Shown: positions 1-7,283, counted from the stretch's first letter. The stretch is DNA of 12,244 bases from Nitrososphaeraceae archaeon (GCA_035297365.1 DATGZA010000028.1:1-12244); one strand, 5' to 3'. Notes: a model not told the origin generated them from the sequence alone. Translations and numbers: made by a program.

Positions 1-106
1 CCAACTAACTAACCAACTAACTAACTAACCAACTAACTAACTAACCAACTAACTAACTAACCAACTAACTAACTAACCAACTAACTAACCAACTAACTAA
101 CCAACC
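1..106. repeat. Non-coding tetranucleotide tandem array of AACT/AACC units with higher-order 12- and 16-bp periods; truncated at the window start
   Basis: 26 consecutive AAC(T/C) tetramers from 3 to 106. AACC recurs after every 2 or 3 AACT. No G on the + strand. Stops (TAA on +, TAG on -) cycle through the frames. Confidence 0.97.
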
Positions 107-304
107 TACACAGCCATAACATTATTCCATGTATCTTCGGTCTCAACCGAATCACAAATTTCACGAAACTTAAAACTCTATTACGTCTAAACATTATCAA
201 CTTTATTGTAGCCTACTTTCAACGTTTTAGACATTTTAGATCAAAAAAGACAGAATAAAAAGCAGATGCAGATTGATCATATTTACGTTATATCCCTAAC
301 GAAG

Positions 305-628
305 TTACGCTCTTTCAAAAAATTTTCTTAACGTTGCAATATTACTTGAGCTTAGCTTGATGGTGTAAGCAGCTGCGTCCTCAGAATAAATTTTTGACAG
401 GGCATCTAGAAATTTTGCTTTGTCTATTCCTCTCTCATACATTCCTCCAGATTCCTTTATACACAAAGGAAACTTTTGCATCTTTATGCCACTATCACTA
501 AGATAGTTTATGAATTCGATATATTTTGCAGTATCATAAGAGTCTTGATCTTTTTCGTGACATAGCATTATCCAAACATCTATTGTATTTTGAAAGAATG
601 CCTTATCTCGTAATTGTTCTAAAGTCAT
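305..628 (-). CDS. Hypothetical protein (107 aa), resembling a conserved thaumarchaeal protein of unknown function
   Basis: ATG-started ORF with natural composition, co-oriented with the upstream JAMM gene. The segments FFQNTIDVW and KFPLCIKESGGMYERG look like conserved blocks. The family assignment is from recall and was not searched. Confidence 0.8.
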   Translation of the reverse strand: MTLEQLRDKAFFQNTIDVWIMLCHEKDQDSYDTAKYIEFINYLSDSGIKMQKFPLCIKESGGMYERGIDKAKFLDALSKIYSEDAAAYTIKLSSSNIATLRKFFERA

Positions 629-687
629 TATATTTTTATACTTTTGAATCTGTTACATAAATTTTTAGAAGTCTTAATCATTTCATT

Positions 688-1167
688 TCATTTCTTCTCT
701 TTTACTTCTCTTGCATAAGAATCATCTATAATCAAATTGACACTATTTCCATTTCTGTCGTATGCTCCTATCGTCTTGTAATCATATGGAAAATTAATGA
801 TGATGGATACTAATCCGAAAAAATGATTTAGGTCCTCTAATGAAGGCCTATTAGAACCTCCTGGATGGGAATGTGCAGTACCGATATATGATAAATCCAT
901 AGGTAACTCATTAGTTGGAAATCCAGAATAATATGGTCCATGAGATGAAAATGGTGGCACAACAAGTCCATCAACCCTGATTTCTCCTGACCTCTTACTT
1001 TTTCCCTGCAAGATCAGTATTCCCTCATTAGGGTGATAAGTTTTTGAATATGTTATTATTCCATCAGCAACCTGTCTTGTGAGAATGACATTTCTTTGGA
1101 ATTTCTCCTTCTCCTTACTGTCAGCACCTTTATTTTTTGATTTCTTCTTCATGAAACTAAAAAACAA
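688..1167 (-). CDS. JAMM/MPN+ (Mov34/JAB1) family zinc metalloprotease
   Basis: Complete JAMM motif: E in HPNEG, then H-S-H-x7-S-x2-D (HSHPGGSNRPSLED). Start is TTG at 1167 or ATG at 1152. Confidence 0.92.
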   Translation of the reverse strand: MFFSFMKKKSKNKGADSKEKEKFQRNVILTRQVADGIITYSKTYHPNEGILILQGKSKRSGEIRVDGLVVPPFSSHGPYYSGFPTNELPMDLSYIGTAHSHPGGSNRPSLEDLNHFFGLVSIIINFPYDYKTIGAYDRNGNSVNLIIDDSYAREVKEKK

Positions 1168-1287
1168 GTTTATTTATCTAACTAAAATGGCAAATTTTGC
1201 TATTTATTGATATCTATCAGGTTTTCATTAATACCTACTTCAACCAAAGACATATTTTTTAATGGCTTTGTAATTGATAATTCTGTA

Positions 1288-2622
1288 ATGCCACTTAACT
1301 GTATGCTGGTCCTATCTGAATTAGGACCATTTATTCTTGATGATGCTAGTATTGATAATACTAATAGCGATAATACTAGCAGGCTCTCAGCTGACAGACT
1401 CTTATTTTCAAAAAAATTCGCCGATCCAGTTTTATCTCATATTTTGATTTCAAACGGCGATTATTCGGAAATATCAGATATCTCTGATAAGTTAAGAAAC
1501 TACGATTCAGTATTCTGTAATGACATCGGTCTAGTGTCTTATCTTCGCAATAGCAGTATTCCAATTTACATGATATCACAAGAAAAAATCAAAGAAATCA
1601 CCAAAAATAAGATGAGATATCTAGTTAGCGCAGGTTTTGCAAAAAATGAACTAGAAGCTCATTCCGAGTTGCGTAGATTTGCGTTAGACCTTTCATCTAA
1701 TAAGGTAAAACGAATATCGGAAAAACTAGATCTACATATCAGTCAGTCAATTAATGCTCTTGATGAATTGGATAAAATAATTAACACTATTGGTTCAAGA
1801 TTGCGTGAATGGTACGGATTACACTTTCCTGAACTCGATAATCTTATACAAAATATCTTCACCTATGCTGAAATAGTGCGCCTTGCAGGTGATAGAAAAA
1901 ACATTAATTCTGAGATGCTTGAAAAAATTGGATTAGAGAAAAAAAAATCTGATATCATAGTTTCGGCAGCTCAAAGAAGTAAAGGAGGAGATATTTTGGA
2001 AGAAAACATGACCATAATAAAAAAACTTGCTGATGAAGTGATCATGCAAACTGAGATAAGAAGAGTTTTAGTAAATCTTATAGACGAATCTATGGAAAAG
2101 ATAGCTCCAAATGTAAAAGAATTGTTGACTGCTACAGTAGGAGCTAGATTGATTGCAAAATCTGGAAGTTTATCCAAACTCTCCACACTTTCATCGAGTA
2201 CTATCCAGATCTTGGGAGCTGAAAAAGCACTCTTCAGATCTATAAAAACAGGTGCTCCCCCACCAAAACACGGACTTATCTTTCAACATCCTGTCCTGCA
2301 TTCTGCACCAAAATGGCAAAGAGGAAAATTGGCACGAACAATAGCCTCAAAAATTGCTATTGCAGCAAGGATAGATTTTTTTAGAAAAGGCGAAAAAGAT
2401 CCAGCTCTTCTTGATCAATTAAATAAAAGAATTGCGGAAATTCAAGAAAAATATAAGGAACCAAAGATCGAACAAAAAACCTTTAAAAGAGAACAAATGC
2501 GATTTGGCTATAACAAAAGCAGGACCAGAGAAGGATATGGTAGAGGAAGGGAAGGTGGAAGTACAAGTCGTAAATTTGATAAAAAATATAAAAGAAAATT
2601 TTCAAGAAAAAATAGATTTTGA
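1288..2622 (+). CDS. nop5: C/D-box methylation guide RNP subunit Nop5 (Nop56/58)
   Basis: Nop-domain motifs LREWYGLHFPEL, APNV..L.TATVGARLI, STIQILGAEKALF, PPKHGLIFQHP and RGKLAR. It lies directly upstream of fibrillarin. ATG at 1288 is preferred to the ORF-track TTG at 1207 because a T-rich TATA-like tract lies about 30 bp upstream. Confidence 0.97.
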   Translation: MPLNCMLVLSELGPFILDDASIDNTNSDNTSRLSADRLLFSKKFADPVLSHILISNGDYSEISDISDKLRNYDSVFCNDIGLVSYLRNSSIPIYMISQEKIKEITKNKMRYLVSAGFAKNELEAHSELRRFALDLSSNKVKRISEKLDLHISQSINALDELDKIINTIGSRLREWYGLHFPELDNLIQNIFTYAEIVRLAGDRKNINSEMLEKIGLEKKKSDIIVSAAQRSKGGDILEENMTIIKKLADEVIMQTEIRRVLVNLIDESMEKIAPNVKELLTATVGARLIAKSGSLSKLSTLSSSTIQILGAEKALFRSIKTGAPPPKHGLIFQHPVLHSAPKWQRGKLARTIASKIAIAARIDFFRKGEKDPALLDQLNKRIAEIQEKYKEPKIEQKTFKREQMRFGYNKSRTREGYGRGREGGSTSRKFDKKYKRKFSRKNRF

Positions 2623-2630
2623 TTTTTTTT
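2623..2630 (+). terminator. Possible archaeal oligo-T terminator after nop5
   Basis: T8 run immediately after the nop5 TGA. Oligo-T tracts are the established archaeal termination signal, but such runs are common in AT-rich DNA. Confidence 0.4.
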
Positions 2631-2689
2631 CTGTTCCTCTTTTAAGTAAATATCTATATATTGATTAACGACTCCTTCACTTCTATTAT

Positions 2690-3445
2690 ATGCAAGATAA
2701 AAGTGATGATTATGATAATCAAAATAATCTCTATAACTCTTCCTACGAAAAAGCAAAGAAGGATGACTTAGCTGATGGTTATAGATGGGTTAATTTTACC
2801 GGGGAAAAACAGTTAGCTACTCTTAATCTTGTTAAAGGAGATAACGTTTACGGCGAGAAACTTGTTCTATACGATAAGGAAGAGTATAGACTTTGGGATC
2901 CATATAGAAGTAAACTGGCAGCATCGCTTCTGAAAGGTTTAAAGAATCTGCCAATCAAGAATGGATCACACGTTCTTTATTTGGGTGCTTCCACAGGAAC
3001 TACTGTAAGTCATATCTCTGATATAATAGGAAGCTCTGGTGTGGTTTTTGCAATTGAGTCGTCCATTCGCGTAGCTAGAGAACTCATTGAAAATGTTGCT
3101 AATAAAAGAGAAAATATTATTCCAATTATCGAAGATGCTAGAAAACCGTCTTCATATTTTTCTACGTATGGTGAGATTGATGTTGTTTATTGCGATATAG
3201 CACAACCTGATCAGACAGAAATTGCAATAAATAATTGCAATATGTTTCTAAGGGATAAGGGAAAAATTCTGCTGGTTATTAAAGCCAGAAGCATCGATGT
3301 TACAAAAGATCCCAAATCAATTATTCTTCAGGAAGCAAAGAAACTAGAAAATAGCGGATTTAAGATAGAACAAATTATCAATCTCGATCCTTATGATAAG
3401 GATCATGGATTGATACATGCGACCTACAATCAAAAAAAATCATAA
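2690..3445 (+). CDS. flpA: Fibrillarin-like rRNA/tRNA 2'-O-methyltransferase
   Basis: Motifs VYGEK, YRLWDPYRSKLAA, VLYLGASTGTTVSHISD, DIAQPDQ, IKARSID and LDPYDKDH. It follows nop5. Confidence 0.98.
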   Translation: MQDKSDDYDNQNNLYNSSYEKAKKDDLADGYRWVNFTGEKQLATLNLVKGDNVYGEKLVLYDKEEYRLWDPYRSKLAASLLKGLKNLPIKNGSHVLYLGASTGTTVSHISDIIGSSGVVFAIESSIRVARELIENVANKRENIIPIIEDARKPSSYFSTYGEIDVVYCDIAQPDQTEIAINNCNMFLRDKGKILLVIKARSIDVTKDPKSIILQEAKKLENSGFKIEQIINLDPYDKDHGLIHATYNQKKS

Positions 3446-4095
3446 ATTTTTTTCTGCTTCTTTTCTAAAATATTTTTTACAGGGCTCCAAGATCTTCTAA
3501 TAAAATCTGGAAAATTATTTTTCTCTTGTATCAAATTGTTAATGAATTCCATGGTTCTTCTATCTGCAGGATATCCGCTGCCTATGTTTATATTGTGAAA
3601 CTGTTCTTGAAGATTCTCTATCTCTTTGTCTCTTATCACCTTTGCAATTATTGAAGCAGCTGATACTGCAATATTCAATATATCCGCCTTATGCATAGCA
3701 AAAATCTTCACATTGCTATTGTACGGATTTAAATGTGATCTGAGTAACATTGTGTATCTTTCAATGTTTACGTCACAAGAATCTATATATGCAATATCTC
3801 CTTCCAAGTGGTTAATTATATTAGCCATTACTCTTCCTTCCAGTTTATTGAGATTGTTTCGAAGGACACTTTCATCTATCTCTTTAGGCCCAATCTTATA
3901 AACACAAGTAAATTCAGCAATATCAAGAATTTCATAAAATAAAGCATTTCTCTTTTTTCTTGTTAGCTTCTTTGAATCCCTGACTCCAATTTCATCTAGA
4001 TTCCTCGTTTTGGACTTTTTTATCATGATTCCTGCTACTACAAGAGGACCTATGACTGAACCTCTACCCGCCTCATCCACTCCACACAGCAGCAT
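3430..4095 (-). CDS. rnhB: Ribonuclease HII with C-terminal PCNA-interacting (PIP) box
   Basis: Motifs GVDEAGRG..GP, DSKKL, HKAD, VSAASIIAKVIRD, GSGYP and RRSW. C-terminus QKKIYDFF fits Q-x-x-h-x-x-F-F. Overlaps the convergent fibrillarin 3' end by 16 bp. Confidence 0.98.
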   Translation of the reverse strand: MLLCGVDEAGRGSVIGPLVVAGIMIKKSKTRNLDEIGVRDSKKLTRKKRNALFYEILDIAEFTCVYKIGPKEIDESVLRNNLNKLEGRVMANIINHLEGDIAYIDSCDVNIERYTMLLRSHLNPYNSNVKIFAMHKADILNIAVSAASIIAKVIRDKEIENLQEQFHNINIGSGYPADRRTMEFINNLIQEKNNFPDFIRRSWSPVKNILEKKQKKIYDFF

Positions 4096-4159
4096 TGATT
4101 ACTATCTTTCAATCACTATTGTATTAATTTAAAATTACTGAAAACAGTTTATAACATAA

Positions 4160-4176
4160 AATTGACTATATATAAC
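4160..4176 (+). promoter_or_regulatory. Candidate BRE/TATA promoter for trm1 in the divergent rnhB-trm1 spacer
   Basis: AATTGACTATATATAAC ends 35 bp before the trm1 ATG and is 15/17 identical to the element upstream of the UbiD gene. Confidence 0.5.
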
Positions 4177-4211
4177 AATTAGATCACAATTCTATTGGCA
4201 AACCAAAGCAC

Positions 4212-5414
4212 ATGGATACTGCTATTACAACAACTTTAAAATTAATAAGGGAAGGAAAAACCAATTTACTCGTACCCAAATCATCATTGGAAGATAAAGT
4301 CCCACCCCATTACCCTGCATTCTTCAATCCTTTAGCCGAATTGAATAGGGATATTTCGATTTATCTTTATAATGCTTTTTTGGAAGATAATCATAATAAC
4401 GGAGAGGTTACTTTTGCTGATGCCTTTGGAGGTATTGGACCTAGAGGATTAAGGGTAGCAGTCGAAGTGCCAAAAGTTTCACGTGTTTTTATAAATGATG
4501 TAAACGAGCTAGCAATAGATATAGCAAAAGAATCAGCCGCTCTAAATTCAATACTTGACAAATGTTTTTTTTCTACAACTGAAGTATGCAAATTTCTGAT
4601 CTCGCGTCATTCTTCTCTGCATAATGATCGATTTTCAATCATAGATCTTGACCCATTCGGGAGTCCAGCACCATTTATTGATTGTGTTTTGCGTTCAATC
4701 GAAAACGGTGGATTGATTTCTGTTACTGCAACTGATACCGCAGTTTTAAGTGGAATCTATCAAAACGTATGTCTTAGAAAATATTCTGGTATCTCTATCA
4801 ATAATACCTATTCCAATGAAGTTGCTACACGTCTTCTTCTTTCTTCAATAGCTTTACAAGCAGCAAGATTAGGAATGACAGTATTACCAGTTTTTGCTCA
4901 TTCAAATAGACACTATTTTCGAATTTTTCTGCAGTTATCCTTTAGCAAAAACCAAGCAAATGATGTTTTTTCTAACATCGGATACATTCAACATTGTTTT
5001 AAATGTGGTGATAGAAACGCATTCAAATCATCTCGTTCTACAACAGAGAAATGTCAAATATGTAATGTAAAGACTAGTGTTGCTGGACAGCTATGGATTG
5101 GCAAGCTATACAATAAAAAAATTTTATCAAAAATTAATGAAATCTATCTTGAGCAAGATTATTCCAAAACAAATTGCCTCTTCAGACAAATAAAAAAAAT
5201 ATTTACAACGAGTTTTCAAGAATTAGATGATATTCCGTATTATTTTTCATTGGATGAGATTGGTTCAATGCTTAGAACCAGTCCTATAAAATTAATGGAG
5301 ACTATAGAAAAATTATCTTTATCTGGTTTTAATGCATCAAGAACAATTTTCCGTCCTACAGGTTTTAAAACAAATGCTTCTATACATGAAATATTGTCAC
5401 TTTTGAAAAATTAA
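4212..5414 (+). CDS. trm1: tRNA (guanine-26 N2/N2,N2)-dimethyltransferase Trm1
   Basis: Motifs FFNP...NRDIS, SAM motif DAFGGIGPRGLR, IDLDPFGSP, VTATD, CxxC...CxxC (CFKC, CQIC), GQLWIG and GFKTNA. Confidence 0.96.
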   Translation: MDTAITTTLKLIREGKTNLLVPKSSLEDKVPPHYPAFFNPLAELNRDISIYLYNAFLEDNHNNGEVTFADAFGGIGPRGLRVAVEVPKVSRVFINDVNELAIDIAKESAALNSILDKCFFSTTEVCKFLISRHSSLHNDRFSIIDLDPFGSPAPFIDCVLRSIENGGLISVTATDTAVLSGIYQNVCLRKYSGISINNTYSNEVATRLLLSSIALQAARLGMTVLPVFAHSNRHYFRIFLQLSFSKNQANDVFSNIGYIQHCFKCGDRNAFKSSRSTTEKCQICNVKTSVAGQLWIGKLYNKKILSKINEIYLEQDYSKTNCLFRQIKKIFTTSFQELDDIPYYFSLDEIGSMLRTSPIKLMETIEKLSLSGFNASRTIFRPTGFKTNASIHEILSLLKN

Positions 5415-5480
5415 TCATTTTTACTATATCATAACTGATTTGTTAAAATGCTATTATTTATATTTGCTAATTTTTATAAA

Positions 5481-5554
5481 TGTGAATGATGGTTCATAAC
5501 CCAAAAAATTCCGTGAACCCGCATAAAATTTTAACATACTATGATGCTATCAAT
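5481..5554 (+). promoter_or_regulatory. Degenerate fluoride-riboswitch-like pseudoknot (tentative)
   Basis: P1 5481-5485/5494-5498 encloses AU-GAUGGU. GAACCCGC is at 5515-5522. UGAU-GCUAUC at 5542-5551 can pair with GAUGGU. It lacks a canonical P2 and the terminal UAC. Confidence 0.2.
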
Positions 5555-5719
5555 AATCGAATTCTTTATATCAATGCGGTGCGAGTATACTGTGGATCAT
5601 TTGCAAAAACCAATTCTAGAGATGTTTTTTATTGTGGAACCATGAGTATTTCATTCGTTTTGACTCATTCTTATGCTACTCCCATATTAATAACTTTTTG
5701 GAATAGCTTTTAGCGATTT

Positions 5720-5724
5720 GGAGG
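5720..5724 (+). promoter_or_regulatory. Shine-Dalgarno site of the ABC ATPase gene
   Basis: GGAGG lies 9 nt before the TTG start at 5734. Confidence 0.65.
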
Positions 5725-5733
5725 CGTATTCTC

Positions 5734-6519
5734 TTGGTCAAATTAGAAATAAAAAATGTTACCAAATCTTTTACAAGAAACGAAGGCAAGCTATCAACAA
5801 AAATAAATGCAGTTGAAAACATCAATCTTTCAGTAAAAGATGGCGAATTCGTATGTTTTGTGGGGCCTTCTGGATGTGGAAAATCAACTCTTCTCAACAT
5901 CTTGGCAGGTTTAGATAAACCAACCCAGGGACAAGTAATCCTAAATGGTAGACAAATAACTGAAACGGGACCAGACAGAATTATAGTATTTCAGGAAAAT
6001 GCATTGTTTCCTTGGTTAAAAGTAATAGATAATGTTGAATTCGGTTTGAAAATGGCAAAGGTAGAAAAAGTGAAAAGACTAGAGATAGCCATGCAATATT
6101 TGGACATGATGCAACTCTCCAAATATGCCGATGCTTATGTATATCAACTTTCAGGTGGGATGAAACAGAGAGTAGCCATAGCGAGGTCCTTGGTTTTAGA
6201 CCCGGAGGTTTTATTGATGGACGAACCATTCGCTGCATTAGATTCTCAGACAAGAGATTTGTTATTGGTTGAATTACAATTAATATGGGCAAAAACCAAC
6301 AAAACAATTATTTTTGTTACTCATAATATCACCGAATCAATATGCCTTGGAGATCGAGTAGTCGTATTTACTAGTAGACCAGGAAAAATAAAAAAAGATA
6401 TAAAAATTGACTATAGAAGACCACGTTTAACTGAGGATGATGGGTTGAAGCAGTATCAAAGACAAGTACTCTACGAATTAAAATCCGAGATGATACATTC
6501 TAAAAAACAACACTCTTAG
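5734..6519 (+). CDS. ABC transporter ATP-binding protein, NitT/TauT (nitrate/sulfonate/bicarbonate; SsuB/TauB-like) family
   Basis: Walker A GPSGCGKST, Q-loop VFQENALFPW, signature LSGGMKQR, Walker B/D-loop LLMDEPFAALD, H-loop VTHN and C-terminal RPG...RPR, typical of NitT/TauT ATPases. Confidence 0.95.
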   Translation: MVKLEIKNVTKSFTRNEGKLSTKINAVENINLSVKDGEFVCFVGPSGCGKSTLLNILAGLDKPTQGQVILNGRQITETGPDRIIVFQENALFPWLKVIDNVEFGLKMAKVEKVKRLEIAMQYLDMMQLSKYADAYVYQLSGGMKQRVAIARSLVLDPEVLLMDEPFAALDSQTRDLLLVELQLIWAKTNKTIIFVTHNITESICLGDRVVVFTSRPGKIKKDIKIDYRRPRLTEDDGLKQYQRQVLYELKSEMIHSKKQHS

Positions 6520-7283
6520 CATCTGATCTCATAAAGTATATCTCCGGCCAATGCAAAATGATTAGGAGAAGTTAACAAGATCTCATCAGCTAGTTTTCCT
6601 GCATTAGTAATAAAGTCAATAGGTGCTTTTTCGTATTCCTTCCAATCAAGTCCTATTGCATCAGCAGACTTTCTGTTTTTTTCAGAAGGTAACATAATAC
6701 AAGCAACTACCCTTATCTTAAATGGTTTTACAGTGTCAACTATTTTCTCTAGATCATTTAAAGATTCAATGGATTGAGTAACAAATGCATACGGTTTTGC
6801 TTCAATCTTTTTTTGGATATTTGTAGAATTGCTGATTTTGTTGGGAATTGATAAATTTAATTTCACAATTTTATTAAATCCTTGTTTATTCAATTCAGAA
6901 ACAAATACACTTGGTATTATTGGATTATTGTTCTTGGGTCCTTTAATTGGTTCGTCTCCTAGCAATATCAACAAACTATCAATTTCTGATAATATTGAAT
7001 CAGTAACAATTTGATACATGGCTGTAAAATTTCTATCTCTTGTTCTTACACTACAAGAAATTTTCAGTGGATTCTTTGTTGACCTTTTTATGATATCTGC
7101 CATGGATATACTTGAAAGTCTAGGAATTCCTAGAACAGAATCAGTAAAATGAATACCGTCTACATATTTTTCTAATAAAGATATCTTTCCTTTGATATTT
7201 TCAATGTCTTTAAACAATCTGTGACGATCAAAACACTCATCTGGCAAAATCTTTGGCGGATTTAATTCATAATTAATAATCAA
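6516..7283 (-). CDS. Methylenetetrahydrofolate reductase (MetF/MTHFR)-like flavoprotein
   Basis: N-terminal YELNPPK (MetF-type E-x-x-PP), then I.FTD, RTRDRN, LLILLGD and FVTQ, which follow the order of MTHFR motifs. TTG start. Stop codons overlap the convergent ABC gene (TTAG 6516-6519). Confidence 0.8.
   Translation of the reverse strand: MIINYELNPPKILPDECFDRHRLFKDIENIKGKISLLEKYVDGIHFTDSVLGIPRLSSISMADIIKRSTKNPLKISCSVRTRDRNFTAMYQIVTDSILSEIDSLLILLGDEPIKGPKNNNPIIPSVFVSELNKQGFNKIVKLNLSIPNKISNSTNIQKKIEAKPYAFVTQSIESLNDLEKIVDTVKPFKIRVVACIMLPSEKNRKSADAIGLDWKEYEKAPIDFITNAGKLADEILLTSPNHFALAGDILYEIRC

Noticed and set aside
1-106. CRISPR array or coding repeat
   Set aside because: There are no unique spacers and the unit is only 4 bp. 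Stops occur in all frames on both strands, and no start leads into the short open WLVS frame.
1207-1287. ORF-track N-terminal extension of Nop5
   Set aside because: It occupies the divergent promoter region. ATG at 1288 has better promoter spacing and gives a more typical N-terminus.
1376-2756. Short alternative ORFs 1376-1579, 1971-2186, 2432-2668 and 2508-2756
   Set aside because: They are antisense or out-of-frame shadows of nop5 and fibrillarin with no recognisable motifs.
2703-2775. C box GTGATGA and D box CTGA in the fibrillarin 5' region as a C/D sRNA or K-turn
   Set aside because: There is no proper D'/C' spacing, only 5 nt separate the C'-like GGATGA from the D box, and there is no flanking stem. 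Ser-Asp-Asp codons explain it.
3430-3456. PIP box on RNase HII and convergent overlap with fibrillarin as a novelty
   Set aside because: Both are real, but they are well-established features of archaeal RNase HII and compact genomes.
3626-4591. ORFs 3626-3901 and 4391-4591
   Set aside because: They are antisense shadows of rnhB and trm1.
5486-5713. 75-aa ORF upstream of the ABC ATPase as a permease or binding-protein remnant
   Set aside because: It has no EAA motif, transmembrane pattern or signal peptide, and its composition looks random. It cannot be fully excluded as a leader ORF.
5676-7014. ORFs 5676-5900, 5981-6307 and 6829-7014
   Set aside because: They are antisense shadows of the ABC ATPase and MTHFR-like genes.
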